Below, one piece after another: positions 50,786 through 63,395 of a stretch of DNA of 64,000 nucleotides. The stretch's first letter is position 1, and each line of letters starts with the position of its first letter. This DNA comes from Octopus sinensis. Its lineage: Eukaryota. Under the pieces are notes generated by a model. The model was given only the letters and a program-made list of their open reading frames with translations, did not search any database and was not told where the DNA came from. The position numbers were made by a program, and so were the translations under genes. The stretch covers positions 1,116,001-1,180,000 of the forward strand of contig NC_043010.1 in the NCBI RefSeq assembly GCF_006345805.1. The letters run 5' to 3'.

Positions 50786-50804
50786 TTGTTTTCAGGTCGA
50801 CTCG

Positions 50805-50975
50805 AAATGTTCGTGTGTATAAGTCGAGGTATTTTATACATAAATTTAACTGAAAATGCCGAGGTGTGATTTATTGGCGTGGAAAAAGTTGACACAAAAT
50901 TTAAATATAGAGAAAAAAAAATTGCATCGCGACTTAACCCTATATTAGGGGTGCGATTTATACACGGGTTTAAGT
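50805..50975. mobile_element. Possible pogo-like MITE remnant
   Basis: GTGTATAAGTCGA and GTGCGATTTATACACG form an imperfect inverted pair. Confidence 0.3.
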
Positions 50976-51704
50976 TTATAAAATTAAAATGATTTACTAT
51001 GCTGGTAATGATATGATCATATTGGAAATTGAACGTTTTCGGTATGATCATACTTCTGAAAAGATTGAGGATGGTTGATAGAGAGAGGGAGAGAGAGAGA
51101 GAGAGAGGGGGGGATCAGTCAAAGCAACGAAGGGAAGGGAAGAGACAACGAAAGAGAGGTGAGGTGAGAGAGAAAGAGAGAGGGAGAGAAAAAGAAAGAG
51201 GGAGAGAGTAAAAGAGGGGGAGTGAGAAAGGAAGAGAGAGAGAGAGTGAGATGGAAAGAATGAGGGAGTGAGAGAGAGAGAGAGAGGGGGTGGAATGGAA
51301 AAGAGTTATGCAGAAACAAAGAAACAATCATTGAAAAACAAAGATACTAAAACGTTATTGTTTAACTCCGGTCAACCATGACTAAGCAGACTAACAATGA
51401 AAAGCATTCCGTCCATGACCATCCCGTTTTAATCGACTTTAATTCTGCAAAGGAAAAAGAAACCTTTAGTATATACATATAATACATACACAAATGTGCT
51501 CATGTATGTATGCATATATTTAAAAAATAACACATTCGGTATATTTTCCCTGAGCATAGAGACGATATTACTAGCAAAGAAGAGTTGTTAAACTATGCAC
51601 ATCTACAACGCCTTCATCAGCAGGCAAAGAGCGAGTATGGTAGAAGGCTACTCGCTTTATCAATTTAGCACTGTCATAAAGTAGACCCAGAATCTATCAA
51701 AGCA

Positions 51705-51759
<55 letters not shown>

Positions 51760-51769
51760 TCATTTATCG

Positions 51770-52600
51770 TTTTTGGAACAGACAAAAAAGCTTATGTACC
51801 ATCATGGAGATTAACTACCTTACTGATGTGAATATCACTTCAAAGAGCAAGAGAATCTGCAGACAACTGTTTCGAAACCGCCAATTTCTACACCCAAATA
51901 ATATATTCATATTTATTTCAATAATAATTGGTGCACTTGGCTATGTTGGTAAATGTCTAGGTGAAAATCTGGAAAATTTCGGGCTTTCAGAAAAAGCTAT
52001 CAACCAGATAACTCATACATTCCAAATACTAGGTTGTTTCACCTGAAATGTCGTATTTGAAAGGTAACAATAAAATGTTTCAGAAGTGTTAGAGAACTGA
52101 TTTATTTAATCAAAGTTCGATCCACGTTCATTTATGACGTTTACCCAACGATTCTCTATGTCATATATTCTATCTATCATTTAATCCATCATGCTGAATA
52201 ACTTATTTTGGCCTACCCCTTGGTTTATTTTCAAGGCTATCATCTCCTGAACGAGAGCTTTGGAACCATCTCTAAACAGTTCTGATGTCAACAATACCAT
52301 TACCAAAGGCCTGCTTGATAGAGATTCTGCGGCAGAATGACCCCGTTTATACTCATTCGAGAAAACCACTCAACATAGTTTGGTTGTTATCATTTTCATA
52401 AGGATTGTGGGTACGAATTTTGTATACCAATATTGTTGGGAAAGGAGTCAAGATTAAATGCAAAGATATACATAATTGAGTTTTTAAATGACTGAAATAA
52501 CAAGTAGTTAAAAATGCGACATTTCATGTGAAACAACCTAATACAAGCTGTATGTGGAACAGTAAAGATCTGTAAGACTTTCTTCAAATTCAAAGTGTGA
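51770..52600 (+). pseudogene. RLE-type (R4-like) retrotransposon C-terminus, split by mariner
   Basis: EINYLTDVNITSK...ISIIIGALGYVGKCL...THTFQI | QAVCGTVKICKTFFKFKV*. Confidence 0.7.
52029..52541 (-). mobile_element. Internally deleted mariner
   Basis: TA-flanked TIR TAGGTTGTTTCACnTGAAATGTCG; N-terminal YKRGHSAAE...AFGNGIVDIRTV*RWF...PRGRP. Confidence 0.85.
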
Positions 52601-53462
52601 ATTTGCTTTTGTTATCTACATTCCAATCATGAAGTTTTGTATCTGTTAGAAATCAATTCCTTCCTTACAGAAATATTACAAATAATTAAAAACAAGCGAG
52701 AACATGCGTACATGCAAACTTACATACATACATACATACTACATACATACATACATACATACATACATACGTGTGTGTTTCTGTGAGTTATATTTTTCCT
52801 CTTAAATATTATTGATTTACATATTTTAAAGTCATTTAGAGTTTTAAAGGTTATTCTTCGTGTTTCTTTCTTCTTTTAGATTATCATAGAAGTTTTGAGA
52901 GAGTGACATTGTTGAACTGAAAACTCGAGCTACTGAAAATGTTAGGGAGTGAAAACGAGAAATGACGTAATCTTAAAACAAGGTTGTTACGCAGAGAGTT
53001 TCTTTCGTCACATCTACACTGGAAATAAAAATACATTATTAATTATACTATCATATGAAGATTACAGTATCTTAAAACTATTATAAGCAAAGAACTCGCC
53101 TTTGCTTTCCTTGTAGAGAACAGGAACAAAAGATATTATTTTATTAACACTGTTATACCACGATAAACTAAACTGTATTTGTTTCATATTCTTTAAAAGT
53201 GCGCCTTACAATTTCTCTCTAGATTTCCCTGTCACGCCAGTCAGCTCTTATCAGTTTTCTTTGGAATAGTCAGGAGACTTTGGCAATAGGAGGTGTCAGT
53301 CAAATTCAGCAAAGCGACATCGTGTCTCGTAGTACCTTAATAAAATTTTGGAGGACAGCTGCTGTGATGCACTTTCAAACAATTCTGCTATTTTCTACCT
53401 GGCTATGTCAAAGTCTATGAGCATGCACACATATATATATATGTGCGTATATAAGTATATAT

Positions 53463-53890
53463 GGATCTTTGCAGTTTGAACGGCAGTTTTTTCTAGCGGT
53501 GTCATATGAAATTGTCACTCATAATTATGACCTTAGTATCGATCTATTGCATTTCAATCTGTTTTAGGGTTAAGGTCAATTAGGGTTAGAGGTGGGGGGA
53601 AGGGTATCTTTTTTCTTCAGAAATGTAAATAAACCCAATCTGTTTCTTAAACGAGGGACATTTTCATACGGCACAGAATGTTTTCACCTCAATAGACGGT
53701 CATTGATTGGTTGAAATTGCAGAAATTGAAGAAAAAACAACAACAAATATCTTACAAACTATAGAATTTTCTCAATAAAGCCAAGAGAAAAAGATGTTTT
53801 ATAAACACATTCTACCACTATACGAAGTTTAAAAGTGTTTAGTTACGTGGAAAATAGTTTAAAAAACTGCCGTTCAAACCGAAAAGATCC
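53463..53890. mobile_element. GGATC-TIR MITE, copy 2
   Basis: Colinear with 38572-38994; flanks GTATATAT / GTATATGT. Confidence 0.9.
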
Positions 53891-54357
53891 GTATATGTGT
53901 GTGTGTGTATAAGTTCAGCAAAATTTAGATTCAGATGAATATGGTACTCAAGTTAAAGGCACCAGAATTTGGTATGGTATTATCCATATAAATCAAATGG
54001 GGGGGGATTACAATCAAAATAAGTAACAAGGATATCCAAGGTAGAGTAGTACAATTGTTTCATGCTACTTCATTTTATTAAACACTGTAAGAATTACATC
54101 AGTTTTAATATGTCGAGCAATCTTCAGCCACATATGGAATTTTCCCAAACGGACAATGCACATTCTTATCCTTATTTCATTTGCCAACATTACAAAGAGG
54201 GTAGATAGATAGACAGAGAGGTTAATTTCATCATTAAGAACATGGTGGTAGTATGTTCACTCTCCGTCTGTAGATTTTATCATTGAGTTCACTTTGTTAC
54301 TTAGTTCTATCAGTGGGGAGGGAGTATCCTTGTTGCTTATTTTGATTATATATATAT

Positions 54358-54581
54358 ACTCTTTACTCTTTTACTCTTTTACTTGTTTCAGTCATTTGAC
54401 TGTGGCCATGTTGGAGTACCGCCTTTGTAAGCCTATACTTATTCTATCGATCCCGTTTGCCGAACCGCTAAGTTACAGGGACGTAAACCCACCAGCATCG
54501 GTTGTCAAGTGATGTTGGGGACAAACAGACACACAAACATATACACATACATACATACATACACACACAGATATATATATA

Positions 54582-54666
<85 letters not shown>

Positions 54667-54830
54667 GCATACGACGGGCTTCTTTCAGTTTCCGTCTACC
54701 AAATCCACTCACAAGGCTTTGGTCGGCCCGAGGCTATAGTAGAAGACACTTGCCCAAGGTGCCACGCAGTGGGACTGAACCCAGAACCATGTAGTTCGTA
54801 AGCAAGCTACTTACCACACAGCCACTCCTA
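54358..54830 (-). mobile_element. SINE family A
   Basis: Reverse-complement copy with long internal (TA)n. Confidence 0.88.
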
Positions 54831-55279
54831 TATATTTAAATGAATTTATATATAATTGCAAATATACATGATGTATATGTATGTGTGTGTATATTTATAT
54901 ATGTGTATGGGGTAAAAGTCCCTCTTTGGTCACGAATGACCATGGGATAGTACCCAGAAAGTGTCAAGGAATGTTTTCCATCTCATGTACTTGTTGATTG
55001 GTTCAACTTTCTCCCGCCACCTTCTCGGATAATATCTGTTCGATGGGGTTAGTATAGGTTCTCGTAGAATAGTTCATGTGATACTGTTCCATATCACAAG
55101 GACTATTACATAAGATTTTATTTATGAATAATAATCTATTACACATCATGGATCTCTAATCCTCCAGTCTCGTAACTGCTAAAATTGTAAAAGTCTTTTC
55201 ATTTAGAAATTTGATGTGATGACAGAATAAGAAGAAATTCATAACAGCAGAAACTAATCATAAGTTTTGACAGAGATCT

Positions 55280-56050
55280 TTCCGTCATTCACTCTGTCAT
55301 CTCTGGTGTGCCTCTAGGGTCCACTTTCGTCCTTCTGTTCCTTCTTCTCTCTCTCTATCTATCAGTTGTCTGTTTGTCATTATGCCTAAAAGCACACACT
55401 ATTACAGAGATAACAGCACTCTTAATTCTTCCTTTACCATCATCAGTAACACACTGGACATCAATCTGGACATCAAATGCCAAACCTGCATCATTTCCAT
55501 GAACAATGATCAGGAAAACTTCATGCAACGGAGATGTACCAATCTTGTGCCTTTCAATAGCAAAAAATAAAAGAGATATAAATGCCCTCTCATATCAAAG
55601 AACTGTCATTGCATCACACCAAACTCTTCTTGAACATGAGCAACAAGCAATTAGTCTTCTTATGCACACTCCAAATTTTGGGCACCATTATATCGGACAT
55701 TCTCTTTTGGCGAAAACACATCCTTAACATAGCTGTAATCGCATTCTGCTGACTGGTTATTCTTTTCAAGGCCAGGAGACACTTCAGCATCATACCTCCA
55801 CCATGACAATCATTGGTACTCTACAAAGTTCAAATAAAACTCACAAGGGAGAATTGTTCCATCAACTGGAACAGTATTACTGAGCACACAGGTCCAAGAT
55901 CTCATCTAGAAAAAAGAGTCATCACAAACACTGTCTCCTCTCTCTGCTTTCTCTGTCGTTACTATAGTAACCTCTGCTCCCTGGAGCTGGCTGATTGGTC
56001 ATGTAACCTCCATTCAAGCACTCCTGATCCACATGTCTCTTCTCTCCTCT
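55280..56050 (+). pseudogene. Highly decayed CR1-like reverse transcriptase
   Basis: SGVPLGSTF (SGVPQGS), YRDNSTL (YADDSTL), NLVPFNSKK, LYKVQIK..ENCS.NW, RYYSNLCS.EL. Confidence 0.6.
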
Positions 56051-56244
56051 CATGACTTTTATGGGCCCTGCACTAATCCTTACACCCTGTTCTTTCTTTG
56101 TAGTACATCGTTTCTCTTGAATTTACTCTCTGCTCATGTCTTTCCCAACAGGTATTGACTTGCTGAGGCTCAAAAAGAATATCACTGGTGTTAATCTCAT
56201 TAGTCTCAGACACATTTAAAGACGGTGGATTCTGCCCACTCTCC

Positions 56245-56598
56245 AGACCAACAAGAAAAATAAAAGCACAAGATGGCCACAGGTTTCATTACATTGTGGT
56301 TTCACATCCGAACATGGCCGTTGCCAGCGCCGCCCCAGCTGGCCTCCGTGCCGGTGGCACGTAAAAGGAACCATCTGATCGTGGCCATTGCCAGCCTCGT
56401 CTGGCACCTGTGCCGGTGGCACGTAAAAAGCACCCACTATACTCACGGAGTGGTTGGCGTTAGGAAGAGCATCCAGCTGTAGAAACACTGCCAGATCAGA
56501 CTGGGCCTGGTGCAGCCTTCTGGCTTCCCAGACCCCAGTTGAACCGTCCAACCCATGCTAGCATGGAAAGCGGACGTTAAACGATGATGATGATGATG
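56245..56598 (+). mobile_element. SINE-like element with internal 62-bp repeats and RTE-like (GAT)n 3' tail
   Basis: GTGGCACGTAAAA twice; GGCGTTAGGAAGAGCATCCAGCTG...CCCATGCTAGCATGGAAAGCGGACGTTAAACGATGATG. Confidence 0.75.
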
Positions 56599-56827
56599 AA
56601 TACTTATAATGAAGACCCATAGCTGCTGAACCCTGTTGGGCAAGACGAAACAATTGAAAGTAAAGGCAACAGTTTTACGACATCTTCGACTACAATAGAA
56701 CCGGTCAGCTTCTATTGTAGAATTCACACGATTTCAGATATAAAATCATTTACCAAATATCTCCAATTTTGAAGTATATATATTTACCGATACAGATATA
56801 TCTTTATATATGTGTCTGTAGGAATTC

Positions 56828-57459
56828 ATATAAGCCTAGTACTTTTTCTATTGGTCTCTCTGGCTGAACTGCTAACTTACAGGGATGTAAACACACCAGC
56901 ATCAGTTGTCAAGCGATGTTGGGGGAACAAACGCAGACACACACATATATATATATATACATATATATACGAACCTGGAACCATGTGGTTGATAAGCAAG
57001 CTACTTAACGCACAACCACTCCTATGTATATATATATATATGTTTGTATATATTCTTTTTACTCTTTTACTTGTTTCAGTCATTTGACTGTGGCCATGCT
57101 GGAGTACCACCTTTAGTTGAGCAAATTGACCCCAGGACTTATTCTTTGAAAACCTAGTACTTATTCTATCGGTCTCTTTTGCCGAACTGCTAAGTTACAG
57201 GGATGTAAACACACCAACATCGGTTGTCAAGCGATGTTAGGGGACAAACACAGACACACAAACATATACACACACATACATATATACGTATATACAATGG
57301 GCTTCTTTCAGTTTCCGTCTACCAAATCCACTCACAAGGCTTTGGGTGGCCTGAGGCTATAGTAGGAGACACTTACCCAAGGTGCCACACAGTGGGAATG
57401 AAACCAGAACCATGTGGTTGGTAAGCAAGTTACTTACCACAAAGCCACTCCTGCGCCTA
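56828..57459 (-). mobile_element. Two SINE family A copies, CpG-decayed
   Basis: 56828-57025 partial and 57055-57459 full. Confidence 0.85.
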
Positions 57460-58289
57460 TAAATATATACATCTACATAACACGTATGTATATGAATAGT
57501 GCATAAAAAAAACGGGATACTACTTAAAATGTGCTAATGTCCTCTTCTCGTGTCATAGCAACATTTTTCCTTTCTCAATTTTATTAAAAGTGATTTTTGC
57601 TGATGTAGACCAAGAGAAGTTACCAGAAATTCTGATCTCTCTCTCTCTCTCTCTCTTTTTCAATCTGTATATACATATGAATATTCAATATTCATGTCTG
57701 TGCAACTGATTATGCATTAAAGTATCAATATATGTATGCATGTGTGTGTGTATGTGTATACATGCATATATATATATACATATTGGCTGACGAGCTACAA
57801 GTGGATTTTTTTGTAAGTAAAATTACATTTAATTCATTAATAGCGAAACAATTGTCCCAAAATAATCTGTATTTTTGTTATTTTTTAGTTGCCCTGTCCG
57901 TGTGAGCTAACAATCGTACTGACTTTCATGGGAAACATGTATTTTTTGTGGTTGAAACCTTTTGGATTAACTAGTGCTAAGTGAGCCATATAGTGACCAC
58001 TCTCTTATATTTATTTGTAAAAATATTATAATATATTATAAAATATTATAATATCCAGTTTCTCGGAGCACTAGGCCACTTGGTGGTGAATAGATATACT
58101 ATTAAATTAGTATCTAATTCTCTCACCCTTATTAATTAATTACATATATATATATAATATATATATATTTATATATATATATATACATGTACATAGAGAT
58201 ACAATTCTCTCTTTCATTTTATATCTCTCTTCCTCACTCACTCTGTCTATTACACCCCCCACCCATGCATGCACACACACACACACACA

Positions 58290-59326
58290 CACACACACCT
58301 CTGTCTTTCTGTTGTAAAAAATGGCTTTTCCGTTTTCGTTTCTGTTGAGTTCTACGTCTTTTTGTGGTGTCCTGTACTTACGTATATATATTTATATATG
58401 ACGTATATATATTTATATATACATGTAGATGAAGGTACGTACATATATGTTTGTATGTATGCATATATTTTATTTATAACACTATTGTCTGACAGCGCTT
58501 CGCGTCGGGTTCGTTCGATTCTTCGCTTCGTTCCGTTTCTTATCCTTCCAGTATTGTTTTATAATATAATTATGACGCGAAATTCTCTCCCTTTGCTTTA
58601 CCTTCCCCTCTCTCTCTCTCCCTCATCTCTCTCTCAGCCGCGTGTCTTCCTCTATCTCTCTCTCTCACTCCTCCTCACTTTTGTCACTGCTAATCCTTTT
58701 GCACGCTGCTTTCAAACCGTAAAGTCATGTTTCCATGCGCTTGCCAGAACCTCTTTCGTCCCAGCTAGAACAAAGGCCTTTTCGTTTGTTTTTCTCGTTT
58801 GTTTTCTTGTTTATTTTGATTTCTCGTATTGTATTTTATTTCTCGTTTTGTATTTTCTTGTACATGTATTTTTATCTTGTATTTTATTGTGCAGTTTTAT
58901 TGTTACGTCCTGTTTGTGTTACATTTTTTTCGTGCTTGTTTTACCCCTCTGCGAGGTTATTTTATTTTAATTCTCTCGCAGGAAGGACTAGTATTGACGA
59001 GTCGTGTCCTGTCTTGCATTCGAAACACGCTTAAGTCAACTAGCGACAGCTGATGATTGGGGATTTTCCTTGTGTAGCTTGTCCTGTACCTTGTTTTTCT
59101 GTTGTAAATAATGTTTTTCCCGTTTTCGTTCTCGTCCTGTCCACGTCTCTGTCTTTCTGTTGTAAAAAAATGGCTTTTCCGTTTTCGTTCTGTGAGTTCT
59201 ACGTCTTTTTGTGGTGTCCTGTACTTACGTATATATTTATATATGCGTATATATATTTATATATACATGTAGATGAAGGTACGTACATATATGTTTGTAT
59301 GTATGCATATATTTTATTTATTACAC

Positions 59327-59330
<4 letters not shown>
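58290..59330. mobile_element. Penelope-like remnant bounded by an about 185-bp direct repeat
   Basis: 58296-58487 and 59146-59330 near identical; degenerate hammerhead-like motif at 58986-59043. Confidence 0.5.
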
Positions 59331-59372
<42 letters not shown>

Positions 59373-59384
59373 CATATATCATAT

Positions 59385-60215
59385 AATATCAGTTCTAAGT
59401 TCTGTCCGAATTTTGAATAAAGAAAACAAGTGATCAAATGTTATATTTAATTGAAATTTAATCATCAATGTACTTTCCCTGATTATCTATGACTTCCTTC
59501 CATCTATTTACAAGCTTTATAATCCTTTCAAAGCGAAGAACTCTGAAATGTCAGTTTCGACCTCCTCCTTGCTCGTGAAAGTTATGTCCCCCAAATGATT
59601 CTATAAACTACGAAACAAACAGTAGTCTGAAGGAGCAAGGTCGGGAGAATAAGGTGCATGAGAAATATTTTCCCAACGAAGCCCTTCGATCTTCTGTGAT
59701 GTGATCTTTGCAGTGTGGGGCTGCACATTGTCCTGATGAAACATCACTCCTTTTTAATCACTCTTTTTTTCTTCAAAGCTTGATTCAAATGCTGTAATTG
59801 CTGACAGTAGACTTGAGCATTGATTGTTGCATTAGATGGTAATAACTCAAGGTGAATTTCTCCTTTGCAATCCCACCAGATAGAGAGAAGAACCTTTTTC
59901 CCATGAAGTTCCCTTCTTGCTTGTGGTTGAGCTTTTTCCCTTTTACCAAGCCACTGTTTACAACGTTTAACATTTTGATAGAAGATCCATTTTTCATCAC
60001 CAGTCACAAGTCTATACAAAAAGGGTGAAATGAGTTCGTGAGAATGGAGGGAAGAGCAGATGTCAACTCAGGATTTACGGTTGCTTTCGGTCAGTTCACG
60101 AGGCAGTCTTTTTCCAAGTTTAGGAACCTTTCCAAGTTGTTGAAGATGATGAGAAACAGTTGTATGGTTTGAACTAATCTTTATTGCTAATTCTTCAACT
60201 GATAATGACCTGATA
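59385..60215 (-). mobile_element. Mariner transposase remnant (DD34D) with 3' terminus
   Basis: LVTGDEKWI, KVLLSIWWD, FHQDN, HAPYSPDLAPSDY; 34 residues between the second and third D; frameshifted. Confidence 0.92.
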
Positions 60216-60225
60216 TACATATATA

Positions 60226-60435
60226 CAGGGGGGGGGGGGTGAAAAGCTCCTGGTTTTGTGCAAAAGAAAATACAGGACAACCAGTTAATTATGACTTTAT
60301 TCAATATATTCCCCTCTCACTTATTGTAGTGGTCCTTCAGATTTTCTAAGCCCTGTAAATGAACTTGGAAGGGTGGGCCTCCAAGCAGGCCTTCACAACA
60401 TCATTAAAGCCAGCAATATTTCAGCACCGGACTCG
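60226..60435. mobile_element. Mariner-type MITE, copy 2
   Basis: TA-flanked, colinear with 22319-22535. Confidence 0.85.
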
Positions 60436-60800
60436 TATATATATTTATTGACAATAAGCCACAGCATTCTTAGAGCAAAATTCGGACTGTTGATCTGTGA
60501 GACACCTGGGTAACCTCCCGCTGTGACCATGCCTAAAGATGGAATTGATTTGTGTTATATCCTGGCAGTGCGGCAGAGTCATGGTGAGCCATTTTCTATT
60601 TCAATCTGCAATTCGACCAATCACTGCTCTGCTGTTGTCATATTTTCTATTTTGAGAGAGACAGCAGCCAGACAAATTGGTACATTTTATTATTTCAAGG
60701 TAGAAACCTATGGCATCAAACCACTTTTAGAATTATCTTGTGTCTGTATGTGTCTTTGTGTATTTGTGTGTGTATACACACACACACACTCACACATATG

Positions 60801-60884
<84 letters not shown>

Positions 60885-61424
60885 TATATATGTATATATA
60901 TAAGTATATTATATATATGTATGCATGTATAATATATATGTGTGTATATACACATATATGTATATATATATGTGTGTATGTATACATCTATGTATGCACA
61001 TATACACATACATATATGCACACATATATTTCAAAACCTGAAATCAAACAGATCAACAATAGCCACATTGTTTCTCAGAAATATCAACAAAAGGACATAT
61101 TCTATGAGAATATATAACCATATAACACACATATATATATATATATATATATATGATACAAAGGATGATATCAAACAGATATCACAAAGGAACGAGAGAT
61201 AATGAATGAGTGTGAATAACAATGTAACAACATAAAAAACAAACCAAGAACAATACATTGAAAAGAGATTAGTTATGTGTTTATTATTACAGAGATCAAC
61301 ACAGGCAGAACAGACTGTTCCAGAGATGGGGCTGACATGTGTACATACATGCATATATGTACACATATATATATACATATTTGTGTGTGTGCATGTGGGG
61401 GTGTTGTGTGTAAATTTGTGTATG

Positions 61425-61468
<44 letters not shown>

Positions 61469-61614
61469 TAACAATATGCTTATGTCAGTGTGTGTGTGTA
61501 AATGTGTGTATGCTTACATGCATACACATGTATACGTTTGTATGTTTCTATGTGAGGTGTGCACGTGTGTGTGTGTGTGTGTGTATAAATATAGAAAGAA
61601 TCCATAAGAGAATG

Positions 61615-61714
61615 NNNNNNNNNNNNNNNNNNNNNNNNNNNNNNNNNNNNNNNNNNNNNNNNNNNNNNNNNNNNNNNNNNNNNNNNNNNNNNNNNNNNNN
61701 NNNNNNNNNNNNNN
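61615..61714. other. Scaffold gap (100 N)
   Basis: Directly visible; true size unknown. Confidence 1.
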
Positions 61715-61841
61715 CCTACCTACATCAGCCGAGCTATGAACATTGTTCTCACTGTTCAAAGAGTACAAAAGGCTGACATTGTAAAGGTTTCATCTAGTCA
61801 ACAGGTGGTCACTATGGCAACAAGTGGGGCCAAACAACAAG
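61715..61841 (+). other. Candidate exon 3' part, truncated by the gap
   Basis: Open frame PTYISRAMNIVLTVQRVQKADIVKVSSSQQVVTMATSGAKQQ ending at CAA|GTAAGA; no recognised homology. Confidence 0.25.
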
Positions 61842-62028
61842 TAAGAGCTGCTTCATGAAATAACAGGGAATATCGCTCGGGATCTTTGATGAATATCAAT
61901 GAAGTACGTGTTTTATTTGTGGAGGTTCTGCTTTGAAAATATCAGATTTGGGATTGGCCATTTGAAGGATCTCATTGAAATGCAAACTCTGAGTAGCAAA
62001 TAGAGTGGATCATCAGATTCATATATAC

Positions 62029-62098
<70 letters not shown>

Positions 62099-62599
62099 TA
62101 ATATATATATATTATATATATATATATGTGTATCATATATCATCATCATCGTATACACACATATACACACACACATATACACCACACACATATATATATA
62201 GTTTGGAAAACATATATGTGATTTAGCTGATGAATACTTGACATATTTGCTGTAATATTTGCAGCTTTAAATAAAATGTTCTTAGTATGAAACAATTGTA
62301 CTAAATTACTGATCCATTCTTGTTAATTTTTTCTTGGTTATATATATATATATATTATATATATATACACACACACACACAATGACCTCGAACCCACAAG
62401 AGTAAGCAAGAGGGACAGAGACAGGCAGAAACAAGGGAAATGCCACTTGTATTTGAACATTATACAAATATTCTTTTAAAAAAAACTTTCCTTTTAATTT
62501 TTCCAAAATTTAATTGTGTTCCATACTTACAGTTGAAAAAGTCTCAATAACTGAAACCGGTACTGAAATGTCTTTTATAAAATTATTTTAGCATTTTCT

Positions 62600-62640
62600 A
62601 TCTCAACATTTTTTCCATATATATGTGTGTATGTGTGTGT

Positions 62641-62680
<40 letters not shown>

Positions 62681-62702
62681 ATATATCTATATGTATATCT
62701 AC

Positions 62703-62770
<68 letters not shown>

Positions 62771-62790
62771 ATATATATATATATACATGC
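62600..62790. repeat. (GT)n + (ATCT)n + (AT)n compound microsatellite
   Basis: Directly visible. Confidence 0.95.
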
Positions 62791-63103
62791 ACACACGTGC
62801 ATATATGAGGACACATGAAATAGTGGTTATGGTTAGGGTGTTACACTCACAATCACAAGATAGTAGTTTCAACTCCTATTCCGGGTGGTGCATTGAGTTC
62901 TTGGGCAAAACACTTCCTTTCACATTGCACTGCGATCACTTCAGCACACCATGAAACCCATTCAGACGATGTCTATTCGATGGAGGGAGGGAGAGAGAAC
63001 AAAAGAACAGCACATACATTTGGTCACTATAAACAAATCAATTGTGCAGGTCATTCGGCAAAAAGTTGAACACTCATGTGTCGCTTTTGACAGGAGACTC
63101 CAT

Positions 63104-63144
<41 letters not shown>

Positions 63145-63349
63145 AAGAACAAATTAAAAGCAGCTCTGGTAATGCAAACTTTATCTGTTGTGCAACCATA
63201 ATGCCTGTGTTTTTGTTTGCATGCCAAATTTTCTGTAGAATAGCGGAACATAAAACACACATGGGGGATGTAAACACACCAACACCTGCTGTCAAGTGGT
63301 GGTGCAGAACAAACATAGACACAAAAGACTTAAACACATAGATATATGC

Positions 63350-63354
63350 ATACA

Positions 63355-63395
<41 letters not shown>

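Noticed and set aside
58269-58970. 233-aa hydrophobic membrane-protein-like ORF
   Set aside because: Derived from T-rich low-complexity repeat interior and microsatellites.
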